This document shows, piece after piece, positions 38,619-48,226 of a stretch of 64,000 nucleotides of DNA; within the stretch, counting starts at the first letter, position 1; every line of letters begins with the position of its first letter. The position numbers were made by a program, and so were the translations under genes. Source of the DNA: an uncultured Nitrososphaerota archaeon (GTDB lineage Archaea; Thermoproteota; Nitrososphaeria; Nitrososphaerales; Gagatemarchaeaceae); assembly GCA_963718895.1 (NCBI GenBank), contig CAVRAG010000008.1, positions 1,248,001 through 1,312,000 of the forward strand. Direction: 5' to 3'. The notes beneath the pieces are model-generated. The model did not search any database. It was not told the DNA's origin and saw only the letters and a program-made list of their open reading frames with translations.

Positions 38619-41372
38619 CTAGCTCCCGATGAGTCCAGAGACCAGGTCGTAGACCGCCTCGGAGGCCTCTCCAATCCTCTCGACCCTCGGACCCCCGCCC
38701 TGGGCGAACTCCTTCGTACCCCCTCCGGAGCCCCCCAGCACCTTGGCGAGGCCCCTGACCACCGAGTCGGCGCCGACGCCTAGGCCCACGGCCGATTTGC
38801 CCACGAAACAGATGATCCTCGCGCTGCTGCCGCGAGGCGACAGACTAACGTAGACGAGAGAGGGGTCCGCCGTTACGCACTTCTGTCCCTGGCTAACAAT
38901 CAGTTCTTCGGTCAGCTCCTGCTCGTCGGCGAAATAAACCTTTACGCCCTTGACCGGTCGCGCCGCTGAAAGCAGGCCGGGGATCGAGGCGGCGACGAGC
39001 TTCTCGCCGAGGCTCTTCTCCCGGCGCGAGGTCTCGTCGAGCTTCTGCTGGAGCTCCCCGAGGACCTTGACCACGTTCTCCCTCTGGGTGTTCAGGGCCG
39101 CCGAGGCTTTCCCTATGGTCGAGTCCATCTCCTGCACGTACTCCACCGCGGGGTACCCGGCGACGAAGTGCAGCCTCTCGACCCCGTCCTGAATCCTCTC
39201 CGTCCTGACTATCTTGATGAAGCCGACCTCGCCCGTGGTCCTGACGTGGGTGCCGCCGCAGGCCTGGACGTCCCAGTCGGCGATGTTCACGATCCTGAGA
39301 GACCTCGAAGGGACGACGCCTCCCTGGAATATCCTGAATCCGAACTTCTCCTCCGCCACCTTTCTCGGGAAGTTGGTGATCGTCACCGGCCAGTTCTTCA
39401 TGACGACGTCGTTCGCGACGTCTTCGATCTTGTGTATCTCCTCCTCGCCGAGGTGTGCGAAGTGCGTAATGTCCAGACGCCCGTAGTCGGCCTCCTTGAA
39501 CGCCGAGTGCTGCCAGACCCAGGGGCCGAGGACCTGGCGCGAGGCCCCGTTCAGTATGTGGGTCGCGGTATGAATGCGCTTGATCCTCTGCCTCCGGACC
39601 GAGTCCACGGCGCCGTGCACCTTGGAACCGACCTTCGGGAGCTCCCCTTCGAGCTTGTGGAGGACGATGGGCCCGTACTTCGTCACGTCGGGGACCTTCT
39701 TCCTGTCTATGGTCCCGTGGTCCGGCTCCTGTCCGCCCCCTCGAGGATAGAAGGCGGTCCTGTCGAGGACCACGAGCCCGCCATCGAAGACCTTCAGGAC
39801 CTCCGCATCGAACTCGATGAGGTCGACGTCCTCGTAGTAGAGCAGCCTCGTGTCCGGCAGGCCGGTTATGTCATACCTCGCTCCCTTCTCCTCAATCTTC
39901 TGCGCTTCGTGTTTGGAGACCACCCGCTGGTAGAAGTCCTCTGGGACCGAGACCTTCGCCCCGGCCGTCACCAGCTGCTCCGGAGTGACCCCGTCCGACT
40001 CGTAGAGTTTGACCACCTCTTCAAGGGTAACTTCCTTCTTGGATGCTGCGATGGAGGCGACGACCTTCGATACCCTCTCGACGGACGAGGCGTACCTCGA
40101 CCGCTCGACGGTGAGCACCTTCGAGACGTCGTCGCGGTGCTGGGCCAGCTCCGGGTACATGCCAGAGAGCGCGTCTATGTGCCAGCCGACGACATCGAGG
40201 ATGTCGAGCTTGAGCTTGTACTGCTGGATGAACGACTGGGCGCGCCTGTAGACAACCCTCAGGTTGTAGCCGCCCCCTACGTTGCTCGGCAGCTGCCCGT
40301 CGGCGATGGCGAACAGGAGGGTCCTTGCGTGGTCGGCGACGGAGTACAGCGCCTGCATCGGGCCGATCTGCTCTGCCAGTGCCGAGGACGAGACGCCGAG
40401 GGTCTTAGCTATCTCGCTCCTCGCCTCGGAGAGGTTCGGGTACTCGTCGAGGTTCATTGATCCGGCGATACGAGAGTAACGGAGGAAGAGGTTCTTGTCG
40501 TAATCGAGCTTGACCTCCTCGTTCATCCTGCTCAAGACGGAGGCGAACGTCACGTCGTAAGACGTCGGTGTGCCTTGGGTTATCCAGGCCAACCTCTCTA
40601 GACCGGCGCCCATGTCGATGACTGGCTCTTTCATCTCGGTATAGTGCGAGACGTCGCCTTCGAACGCCGTGAATACCGCGTTCCCGAGCTCAAGACCACG
40701 GGCGAAATAGTCGAGACAGTATCCGAACGCCCCGTAGCCCATCCACGTGCCCTCGATGAAGGAAAGCTCTTCCTCGGGGATCCCGAGCTGCTTGGTCACG
40801 AGGTCAAAGTCGAGGTCTATGCACTTGTCTTTCCAGTAACCCTCGTTGTTCGCAAGAGCCGTCTGGCCCACCATGCAGAACGATGAGTTGTGTTTTCCGT
40901 TCAGACCCACTGTTGGAAGGTCGTTGAATCGCAGGCACATCTGGGGAACGACCAAAGGGTTCGCCGGGAGTTCGAAGATTACCTTGCCGCCCTCTATTCT
41001 CTGAAAGTCAATTATGGAGGCCACCGTGAAGTACAGGTCCGGCCTCCATCGCGCCACCACGGGGTATCGCGGGATAATGGTGTGACCGTTGCTGCGGAAG
41101 AACTCCTCGATGACCTTCCAGGTTCCTGCGTAGTCGAGCCTCTTCCTAGTGGGAGGGTCCCCGATGAACGAGTAGACTGAGCACGGCGGGTCGTCGCAGA
41201 CCGTCCGCTCGGACTTGAGCGTCCAGAAGTGCTTCCCACACATCACACACTGCTTCCGGACGAACCCTTTGCGCTTGAAGAGGTCGACGAGGTAGTACTT
41301 CTCGTAGTCCTTCGAGAACTTCTCCTGGAGCAGGGCCTTTGCGTTCGCCATCGGAGCGTCTTGACGCTTCAC
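38619..41372 (-). CDS. alaS: Alanine--tRNA ligase
   Basis: RYPVVARW, QMCLRFND, DMGAGLER, ADHAR, HTATH, QACGGTH, GGSGGG. Confidence 0.97.
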   Translation of the reverse strand: MKRQDAPMANAKALLQEKFSKDYEKYYLVDLFKRKGFVRKQCVMCGKHFWTLKSERTVCDDPPCSVYSFIGDPPTRKRLDYAGTWKVIEEFFRSNGHTIIPRYPVVARWRPDLYFTVASIIDFQRIEGGKVIFELPANPLVVPQMCLRFNDLPTVGLNGKHNSSFCMVGQTALANNEGYWKDKCIDLDFDLVTKQLGIPEEELSFIEGTWMGYGAFGYCLDYFARGLELGNAVFTAFEGDVSHYTEMKEPVIDMGAGLERLAWITQGTPTSYDVTFASVLSRMNEEVKLDYDKNLFLRYSRIAGSMNLDEYPNLSEARSEIAKTLGVSSSALAEQIGPMQALYSVADHARTLLFAIADGQLPSNVGGGYNLRVVYRRAQSFIQQYKLKLDILDVVGWHIDALSGMYPELAQHRDDVSKVLTVERSRYASSVERVSKVVASIAASKKEVTLEEVVKLYESDGVTPEQLVTAGAKVSVPEDFYQRVVSKHEAQKIEEKGARYDITGLPDTRLLYYEDVDLIEFDAEVLKVFDGGLVVLDRTAFYPRGGGQEPDHGTIDRKKVPDVTKYGPIVLHKLEGELPKVGSKVHGAVDSVRRQRIKRIHTATHILNGASRQVLGPWVWQHSAFKEADYGRLDITHFAHLGEEEIHKIEDVANDVVMKNWPVTITNFPRKVAEEKFGFRIFQGGVVPSRSLRIVNIADWDVQACGGTHVRTTGEVGFIKIVRTERIQDGVERLHFVAGYPAVEYVQEMDSTIGKASAALNTQRENVVKVLGELQQKLDETSRREKSLGEKLVAASIPGLLSAARPVKGVKVYFADEQELTEELIVSQGQKCVTADPSLVYVSLSPRGSSARIICFVGKSAVGLGVGADSVVRGLAKVLGGSGGGTKEFAQGGGPRVERIGEASEAVYDLVSGLIGS

Positions 41373-41493
41373 CCTCTCGAATCGGTAAATAAAGTAAGAG
41401 ATGGGACGACCTAGTGAAAGGTCTGGGGGCCGGCACCTCGCCGGTCGATTCTCGAAAACTATAAATGCGGTTCAAGATTGCCGAGTTTGCAAT

Positions 41494-41802
41494 ATGACTG
41501 ACTCTTACATGTACGCCGCTCTTTTGCTTCACAAGGCCGGCAAACCAGTCAACGAGGATAATCTCACTGGCGTTGTCAAGGCAGCGGGAGTAGAGGTCGA
41601 CCAGGTCAAGGTAAAGGCGCTCGCATCGGCTCTGAGCGAAATCAACATCGACGAGGCTCTGAAGAACGCTTCCGTCATGGCGGTTGCGGCCCCGGCCGCA
41701 GCGGCACCAGCAGCCGGCGCAGCGAAGGCAGAGGAGAAGCCCAAGGAAGAAGAGAAGAAGGAAGAGGAAGCCCTCGCAGGGCTTGCGTCGCTCTTCGGCT
41801 AG
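41494..41802 (+). CDS. rpl12: 50S ribosomal protein P1/L12p
   Basis: YMYAALLLH, Ala-rich hinge, [13 protein letters not shown]. Confidence 0.96.
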   Translation: MTDSYMYAALLLHKAGKPVNEDNLTGVVKAAGVEVDQVKVKALASALSEINIDEALKNASVMAVAAPAAAAPAAGAAKAEEKPKEEEKKEEEALAGLASLFG

Positions 41803-41948
41803 GCTCAAAACGGCGTCTCACTTCGGCAAGGCCCTCAACCCAGAGGACTTACTGTCCTGCGTCCGAGGCTGAGGCGGCCCGTCCTGGGGCGCATCCACTA
41901 GGTGGCGGAGATTAAATATCACCCGCTCCAGTAACTCCAGCGAATGAA

Positions 41949-42485
41949 TTGAAGATCTGGGAGTGTTACCGGTGCTCGTACTCGTTCGAGGGCGAGAATC
42001 CACCGGAAGAGTGCCCCAACTGCCATTACTCGGTCACGTTCTGGCTCAGTCACGACGAGAGGGAGCTGACCCTGAAGGACTTTGTCAGGACGAGGGTGCT
42101 GAAGCTGGACTCCGACCAATCTGTGTGGGACGCGGCAAAGCTGATGAGGGAGAACGACACCGAGAACGTCCTGGTCACGGTCAACGGGGAGCCCGTTGGA
42201 ATGATGACCGAGAAGGACATAGTCTACAAGGTCGCCGCCGAGGATCTTCCCGCCTCGAAGATCCTCCTTAGGAAGGTCATGTCTTCGCCGCTTGTGCTCG
42301 CGCCCTCAGACACTCCGATAACCGAAGCGCTGAAGATGATGGCAGAGCGGCACATAAGGCGACTCATCGTGACCGAGGGAGGCAGGCCGATAGGCATCGT
42401 GAGCCACAGATCCATCGTAGGCGGTAGCTTCAGGCTCAAAGACCAATCCTCTTCGGCTCCGAAGAGAACTCCGGAGACATCCTAG
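41949..42485 (+). CDS. Rubredoxin-like Zn ribbon + CBS-pair protein
   Basis: WECYRCSY...PPEECPNC followed by two CBS repeats. Confidence 0.85.
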   Translation: MKIWECYRCSYSFEGENPPEECPNCHYSVTFWLSHDERELTLKDFVRTRVLKLDSDQSVWDAAKLMRENDTENVLVTVNGEPVGMMTEKDIVYKVAAEDLPASKILLRKVMSSPLVLAPSDTPITEALKMMAERHIRRLIVTEGGRPIGIVSHRSIVGGSFRLKDQSSSAPKRTPETS

Positions 42486-42596
42486 GTACCGGAGAACCGG
42501 GCCTCTGGCTAGAAGGCTCGCGCAGTCAGTGAGGAGTAGCTCCGCGAAAGGAGGGTATCCTCGTCTAGGGTGCGGTGCTTCAGTCGCTGGAGGATG

Positions 42597-43472
42597 TCAC
42601 GCGTAGCCTTTTTCTTTGGCCTTCGAGAGGAGAGCGCCGGCCTCTGCTTCCGCTTTTCCGAATATGGCAGGAGCGCTCTCGGGGGTGATCTCGCCGACCT
42701 CGACCGCCAGGGCCATGGCCTCTCTGTACGCCTTCGCAATTATCTCAGGCGCCGTGTCCTTGGTCAGGTAGCCGATGTATACGGCGAACCCATGGGCCGA
42801 GGCGAATCCTGAGATGAGGCTCTGCCTGTACTGTTCCAGGTCTATGGCGACAGCGTCGGCCGCGTAGATCAGGCCGTTGTCGTATGCTAGCGCTATGGAA
42901 AGGCCCGCTCGGATGGGCTTGATGCCGAGCTTCGAGAGCAGGCTCGCGAGCTTCGGCGATATTGAGCTGCCCGCCTTTGCGGCGACCGAGTCCTTCACGA
43001 TCCAGATGCTGCCCGACTCGATCTTGGTCGGGATGCCAGCCTCCCTGAACTCGCTGAGGACAGGCCCGGCAGGCTGCCCGGTGTTGCCCGCAGGCACGAC
43101 GATGTCCGTCGGCGCGATGTCGCCTGCCCTCGCGGCCAGGCTGACGCGGTTCTTCTCGAGCAGGAGGTAGAGCTTGAAGGGGTCGAGGCTCGAGAAGAGG
43201 AGCGCGTTCTGTCCGGTGAAGTGCTTGAGGAGCTCGTCGGCGTTCTTGATTCCGGCCCTCTTCAGCGCTAGCTTCGCCAGGTTGTTCTTGACGACCACGA
43301 TCTCGGCGTTGCCGCGGAGGACCTTCCTCACCGCCATCAGCTGGGCGGAACGGACCTTGGAGAGCTGTGTTACGACGATGACGGGGTACTTGTTCGACAG
43401 CTTCGAGATCTTTTCTACGGTGGCGATCTTCTTCTCGCTGTAATCTCGCTGGGCCTGTACCTGCTGGCTCAT
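42597..43472 (-). CDS. rplP0: 50S ribosomal protein P0 (uL10)
   Basis: VVKNNL, ARAGDIAPTDIVVPAGNTG, LGIKP. Confidence 0.96.
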   Translation of the reverse strand: MSQQVQAQRDYSEKKIATVEKISKLSNKYPVIVVTQLSKVRSAQLMAVRKVLRGNAEIVVVKNNLAKLALKRAGIKNADELLKHFTGQNALLFSSLDPFKLYLLLEKNRVSLAARAGDIAPTDIVVPAGNTGQPAGPVLSEFREAGIPTKIESGSIWIVKDSVAAKAGSSISPKLASLLSKLGIKPIRAGLSIALAYDNGLIYAADAVAIDLEQYRQSLISGFASAHGFAVYIGYLTKDTAPEIIAKAYREAMALAVEVGEITPESAPAIFGKAEAEAGALLSKAKEKGYA

Positions 43473-44122
43473 GACTCGCTTACCTTGCTCTTCACGGGCT
43501 TGCCCATGGTCGTCTTCACTATGACGGTCCTGATGTTCCTGTCACCGTTCGGCAGCTTCTTCTGGACGGCCGCGACCATCGCCAGGATGTTGTCCGCAAG
43601 GTCGGCGTCGGAGAGCTTCCTGTCTCCCACCTTCGCCGCCACGGCGAGCGCGGCCCTGCTGCGGACCCTCACTGCGGTCCTCGTGCGCGTTATCATGGTC
43701 TCGATGGGGGCGTTCGGGGGGACTGGTGTGGGGATCTTGCCCTTCGGGCCCAGAGAGGTTCCGAGAATCTTGCCTATCCTCGGCATGAGCGCCGTGTCGG
43801 CCAGGAAGAAGTCGTACTGCCGTGCGAGCTTCTTCGCCTCTTTCTTGTTTCCCGCGAAGTTCTCGAGCTGCGACGGCTCGAGGGTCCCCTCGACTCCGGC
43901 GTTCTTCGCCCTCAGCAGGAGGTCGCCCGAGCCTATGAAGCAGATCGTGGACTTGTGGGACCCGGGATGCGGCAGATAGACCGTCTCGTTGATGTTCAGG
44001 TCGGTCTTCTTTGGGTCAACGTCCTTGAACGTGATCACAGATTCAACCGTCTCGGGGAACTTCCTCTCCTTGGACTCTTTCCCCCTCTTGACAAGATCCG
44101 CAAGCTGAACGTTCGTAAGCAA
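43469..44122 (-). CDS. rpl1: 50S ribosomal protein L1 (uL1)
   Basis: RKFPETVE, LGPKGKIP, VKTTMGKP. Confidence 0.96.
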   Translation of the reverse strand: MLTNVQLADLVKRGKESKERKFPETVESVITFKDVDPKKTDLNINETVYLPHPGSHKSTICFIGSGDLLLRAKNAGVEGTLEPSQLENFAGNKKEAKKLARQYDFFLADTALMPRIGKILGTSLGPKGKIPTPVPPNAPIETMITRTRTAVRVRSRAALAVAAKVGDRKLSDADLADNILAMVAAVQKKLPNGDRNIRTVIVKTTMGKPVKSKVSES

Positions 44123-44191
44123 TTCTAATCCCGAAAGCCAGACCGAGCCTCAGGACTCTGATTAAAAGAGTTTCGCTCGATCAGTAGGGCG

Positions 44192-44935
44192 CTAAGCCAG
44201 TTGGACCCGGTCGCCGACCCGCAGGATGCCCTCTGCGATAGCCGTGCACATGACTCCCAAGCTGCCGCCGTGCACCCCCTGGATGGTCTGGAGTATCTGG
44301 GCGTCCTCGACGATTCCAGGCTGACCCATCGTGGTGACCTTGCAGCGCGCGTTCGGCTTCTCGACGCGCAGGCGCAGATCCCCAAGCTCGATGTCCCTGC
44401 CGACCCATCCGTCTTCGACGCAACCCTGCAGATCCTGCTCCGTGGCCACGAGGATGTTCGGGCGGAACCGCCTGACATCGAAGGCTCCTTTGGGATACGC
44501 CCTCGTCATGTGCGCGAGGGACGCCGTCGACAGGAGGTGCAGCGTCCGACCCGCCCGGACCCTTGACTCCACGATCCTCGGGTACCTAACGAGCTCAACA
44601 TCATCGCCCAGCGACGCACTGACCAGCCGGTTCATCTCAGGATCGTTGGTCGTACAGACCGTGGCCCCGGAGGTCTCTATCGTGACTTCGTGCTCTCCTT
44701 CCGGGTCACCAGACAGCCTGGCCGTGAGCTCGAGCATCGCCGGGTGGCCGAGGGACTCTCCCCAGGAGAAGAGGTAGGACTTGGGGTCGAGGATTCTGTT
44801 GGATCTGACCGATCGGAGAGCGTAGAGATGGTCTCCTGGGACACCGGTAGACAGGACCCTGCTCTCTTCGAGCCTCTCGCCCTGCAACCCGTTCACAGGG
44901 TAGCGCCAAATCTCGGCAACCCGTCCGAGGGTCAT
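44192..44935 (-). CDS. MOSC domain protein
   Basis: IWRYPV, RRFRPNI, RCKVTT, GILRVGD. Confidence 0.9.
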   Translation of the reverse strand: MTLGRVAEIWRYPVNGLQGERLEESRVLSTGVPGDHLYALRSVRSNRILDPKSYLFSWGESLGHPAMLELTARLSGDPEGEHEVTIETSGATVCTTNDPEMNRLVSASLGDDVELVRYPRIVESRVRAGRTLHLLSTASLAHMTRAYPKGAFDVRRFRPNILVATEQDLQGCVEDGWVGRDIELGDLRLRVEKPNARCKVTTMGQPGIVEDAQILQTIQGVHGGSLGVMCTAIAEGILRVGDRVQLA

Positions 44936-44962
44936 CGTGCTTCGTTGTGATGGAGCTCGGCT

Positions 44963-45463
44963 TTACTTCTTTGCCTCGAAGGCAGCTATGGCCGCGTCCC
45001 ACTTGCCCGCTTCGATCTGCTCCGTGAACTGCCGGGGATCCGTGTCCTCGACCTTGAGGCCCATGCTGACGCAGCTGCCGACGACCTCCTTGACCGAGGA
45101 CTTTATCGACTTGGCGTAGGAGTCGTTGATCTTGATCTTCGCTATGCCGAGGACCTTCTCGAAGGTCACGTTCCCGACGAAATCGACGTTGGGTTTGCCG
45201 GAGCCCTTGGGAATGGCCGCCTCCTTGACGAGGAGCGCCGAGGTGGTGGGCGTGCCGACCGAGACGGTGAACTTCTTGGTCTCCTGGTCGACCTCCACCT
45301 TCACAGGGACCTTCATCCCCTTGAAATCGGCCGTGATAGCGTTAATCTCGTTGACGACCTGCAGGACGTTGATCCCGAGCGGTCCGATGGCCGGGCCTAA
45401 CGGAGCCCCGGCAGACGCCTCTCCTCCCGTGACTAGAACCGAGATGATCTTCTTTTCTCCCAT
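44963..45463 (-). CDS. rpl11: 50S ribosomal protein L11 (uL11)
   Basis: GGEASAGAPLGPAIGPLG, GMKVPVKV, GSCVSMG. Confidence 0.97.
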   Translation of the reverse strand: MGEKKIISVLVTGGEASAGAPLGPAIGPLGINVLQVVNEINAITADFKGMKVPVKVEVDQETKKFTVSVGTPTTSALLVKEAAIPKGSGKPNVDFVGNVTFEKVLGIAKIKINDSYAKSIKSSVKEVVGSCVSMGLKVEDTDPRQFTEQIEAGKWDAAIAAFEAKK

Positions 45464-45526
45464 AACCAGCACTTCTTCGATTGACGGCTCCCGGCAACGT
45501 ATCTAAAGGTTTTCTGATGAGCCGGA

Positions 45527-45621
45527 CGGCAGGTTTCGACGATGTGGGGAAGAGTCCCCCGTTGAGAGGTGCCGGGCGCCCCGGCCCAGAATCAAGCTGC
45601 GGGAAAGCGATTCTCCTGCCG
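45527..45621 (+). ncRNA. Candidate structured RNA/DNA element (perfect four-way junction), function unknown
   Basis: Hand folding: P1 45527-45533/45615-45621 encloses three helices with no unpaired junction bases; no family recognised. Confidence 0.4.
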
Positions 45622-45632
45622 GGAAGCCGAGA

Positions 45633-46115
45633 CTATTCCTTCTTTGGGGCGTCTGGCTTCGCTTTTTCTACGATCTTCAGGTAGGCAGCGTCGACCGTCA
45701 CCGGAAGCTGGTACGGGGTGTCCAGCAGAACGACGGTGACTTCCTGCTTCGCGGTCTCTATGCGGACTATCTTGGCGCGCATGGTCTTGAACGGTCCGGC
45801 CACTATCTCTACGATGTCGCTGTCGGATAGCTCCGCGACCATGGACTTTGTGACCAGGAACTTCTCTATGTCCTGAAACTGCATCATCCCCGGGATCTTG
45901 CTGCGGACGTGCTTGAAACCCTGGATGGACTCGTCGACCACCTGGGAGTTCGGCGCTTCGAAGAGGACGTAGCCCTTCCAGGTGTCGAGCGCCAGGATGG
46001 AGTAGATTGACTTCTTCTTCTGCATCGCCTTGTTGGCGACGAAGGTCGCCACCGTCCTCTCCTGTCCTCCGGTGGTCTTGACCGGGTAAATCGAGCTCTG
46101 TTTCTGTTCTGACAA
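45633..46115 (-). CDS. spt5: Transcription elongation factor Spt5 (NusG)
   Basis: KTTGGQE, KGYVLFEA, KOW motif VEIVAGPFK. Confidence 0.96.
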   Translation of the reverse strand: MSEQKQSSIYPVKTTGGQERTVATFVANKAMQKKKSIYSILALDTWKGYVLFEAPNSQVVDESIQGFKHVRSKIPGMMQFQDIEKFLVTKSMVAELSDSDIVEIVAGPFKTMRAKIVRIETAKQEVTVVLLDTPYQLPVTVDAAYLKIVEKAKPDAPKKE

Positions 46116-46129
46116 GCTTCCACTCTCTC

Positions 46130-46306
46130 CTATCCGAAGATGTTCGGCAGCACGGTGGAGATGAACTTGATCAGGAACCCCATGGTCCCGACGACGGCGA
46201 CGCCCAACAGGACGAGCTTGAGATAGAGCACGAACTGGTCCCTGTCGCTTTTCTTGGACAGTCTAATCACTGACCCCATCGACTTCAGGAAATCACGAAC
46301 GGTCAA
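46130..46306 (-). CDS. secE: Protein translocase SecE/Sec61-gamma (missed by the ORF track)
   Basis: MTVRDFLKSMGSVIRLSKKSDRDQFVLYLKLVLLGVAVVGTMGFLIKFISTVLPNIFG; immediately upstream of spt5. Confidence 0.9.
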   Translation of the reverse strand: MTVRDFLKSMGSVIRLSKKSDRDQFVLYLKLVLLGVAVVGTMGFLIKFISTVLPNIFG

Positions 46307-46460
46307 AGCTGAAAGCTAACCTTGGAACCAGCCAGGGAGACCTCTTTATAAAAGTACCCCGTTTCCCGGGGAGGAAGCTTCCGTGCGACGGGAGGTCCAG
46401 CGTCGTTCCGCCGGTCAAACGTTTTTCTCCCTCTGCGAGACGGGTCCATGAAGGAGACAG

Positions 46461-47288
46461 ATGGCACCCGAAGGCTCACCGGCGACGGTACTGATAACCT
46501 CGACCAAGGACGAGGCTTCCGCCACAATCGCCAAGGGGTTGCTGAAGAACCACGGCTTTGCGTCGACCGAGATAGCGCTGAAGGGGAAGACGGTCTACCA
46601 GAAGGGTTCCTTGCTCCTGGCGACCATCGACGCGGAGATAATCAGTCCGCCAGACCTAGACACCTACTTCAACCCGCAGGCCTACATCTTCCTGTCAAGG
46701 CACTACGCGGAGTCGGGGATTCCCTCGCTCACGGTCCACACGACCGGCAACTTCACCGACAAGCCGGCGCTCGGCGGCAGACCGAAGGAGGTGGGAGGGG
46801 TCAACCCCGACCTGCTGAAGAACTACCTCCTGGCACTGGACAAGCGGAAGGATGACCTGAAGGGGTACGAGGTGACGCTCGAGGCGACCCACCACGGTCC
46901 GACCTCCCTCAAGAAACCGGTGCTGTTCGTGGAGCTGGGCTCCTCAGAGAAGAACTGGGGGGACGAGCGTGCCGGGGAGGTCATCGGGGACGCTCTGATT
47001 GAAGCCCTCACCCAGGGAAGGTCGTGGGACAAGGTGGCCATGGCCTTCGGCGGGACGCACTATCCAGCGAAGTTCAACAAGCTCCTGCTCGAGAGCGACA
47101 TCGCACTCACGACCGTCGTGGCGAAGCACTCCCTCGACGGCGTTGACAGCGAGATGTTCGGCCAGATAATCCAGAAGACGTCGAAGTTCCCCCGTCTCGT
47201 CGCGCTCGACTGGAAGGGGATGGGTCAGCATAAGGAGAAGATCCTGGGCTTCGCCGGGCAGTTCGCGCTCGAGGTCATGAGACTCTGA
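46461..47288 (+). CDS. dtdA: D-aminoacyl-tRNA deacylase (archaeal DTD2)
   Basis: FLSRH, LTVHTTGN, LEATHHGPT, FVELGS, FGGTHY. Confidence 0.93.
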   Translation: MAPEGSPATVLITSTKDEASATIAKGLLKNHGFASTEIALKGKTVYQKGSLLLATIDAEIISPPDLDTYFNPQAYIFLSRHYAESGIPSLTVHTTGNFTDKPALGGRPKEVGGVNPDLLKNYLLALDKRKDDLKGYEVTLEATHHGPTSLKKPVLFVELGSSEKNWGDERAGEVIGDALIEALTQGRSWDKVAMAFGGTHYPAKFNKLLLESDIALTTVVAKHSLDGVDSEMFGQIIQKTSKFPRLVALDWKGMGQHKEKILGFAGQFALEVMRL

Positions 47289-47314
47289 CGGACCTTTGGC
47301 AGGGCCCGCAGTCC

Positions 47315-48220
47315 TCATCCAATGAGTGAGTCGACGAAGGCGACGGCGTCGAACTTCTTCAGGTCCTTGTATTCCTGCCCGACGCCGAGAAAGAGGATGG
47401 GCCGGTTGGTCGTGTAGGCGATGGAGAGCGCTGCGCCTCCCTTGGTGTCGGCGTCAGTTTTGGTCAGTATCGCGCCGTCGAAACCGGTGTACTTGTTGAA
47501 GAGCTGTGCCTGAGAGATCGCGTCGTTGCCGGCCAGCGAGTCGCCTATGAATATCTTGAAGTCGGGGTTGACGACCCTCACGATCTTCCCCATCTCCTCC
47601 ATCAGGTTCTGGTTGGTCTGCATCCTCCCAGCGGTGTCCACGAGGAGGACGTCGACATGGTGGGCCTTTGCGTACAGCGCGCCGTCCCTGGCCACGGCGG
47701 CGGGGTCGGCACCGTACCTCTGCGCAATCACCTTCACGGAGATCCTGTCAGCGTGCTCGGAGAGCTGCTCTATGGCCCCCGCCCTGTGAGTATCTCCCGC
47801 AGCGACCACGACGGAGTAGCCGGCCTGCCTGAGCAGGTATGCGACCTTGGCCACGGTCGTGGTCTTGCCGGTACCGTTGATGCCCAGGAAGAGTATGGTG
47901 AACGGTTCTCCCCTCTTCTTCTTCTCGTCGATGAGCTTGAAGAGATCCACGTTCCCCGCCTTCGTGAAGATGCCGGTCATGGTGGTCCGGAGCCTCTCGC
48001 GCACCAGAGAACCCGCGTCCTTCGAGCGCTCCACGCTGAGCCCGGTCATCTGTGCCTTGAGGGACCCGGCCATGCTCTCTACGACCTCCTGGGCTACGTC
48101 GCTCTCCAGCAGCGTGATCTGGAAGTTCTGGAGAGCCTCGTCGAGGTCCTTCTCCGAGAGCTTCTTCTCGGAGACTACCTTCGTGAGGGAAGAGAAAGCC
48201 TCTCTGAGCTTCTCGAACAA
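47315..48220 (-). CDS. ftsY: Signal recognition particle receptor FtsY
   Basis: GINGTGKTTT, DTHRAGA, DTAGR, TKTD, GVGQ. Confidence 0.97.
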   Translation of the reverse strand: MFEKLREAFSSLTKVVSEKKLSEKDLDEALQNFQITLLESDVAQEVVESMAGSLKAQMTGLSVERSKDAGSLVRERLRTTMTGIFTKAGNVDLFKLIDEKKKRGEPFTILFLGINGTGKTTTVAKVAYLLRQAGYSVVVAAGDTHRAGAIEQLSEHADRISVKVIAQRYGADPAAVARDGALYAKAHHVDVLLVDTAGRMQTNQNLMEEMGKIVRVVNPDFKIFIGDSLAGNDAISQAQLFNKYTGFDGAILTKTDADTKGGAALSIAYTTNRPILFLGVGQEYKDLKKFDAVAFVDSLIG

Positions 48221-48226
48221 GGCGGC

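Noticed and set aside
46345-46445. Possible riboswitch in the dtdA leader (CCCGTTTC/GAGACGGG pairing)
   Set aside because: The pairing is irregular, plausible by chance at this GC content, and matches no known aptamer motif.
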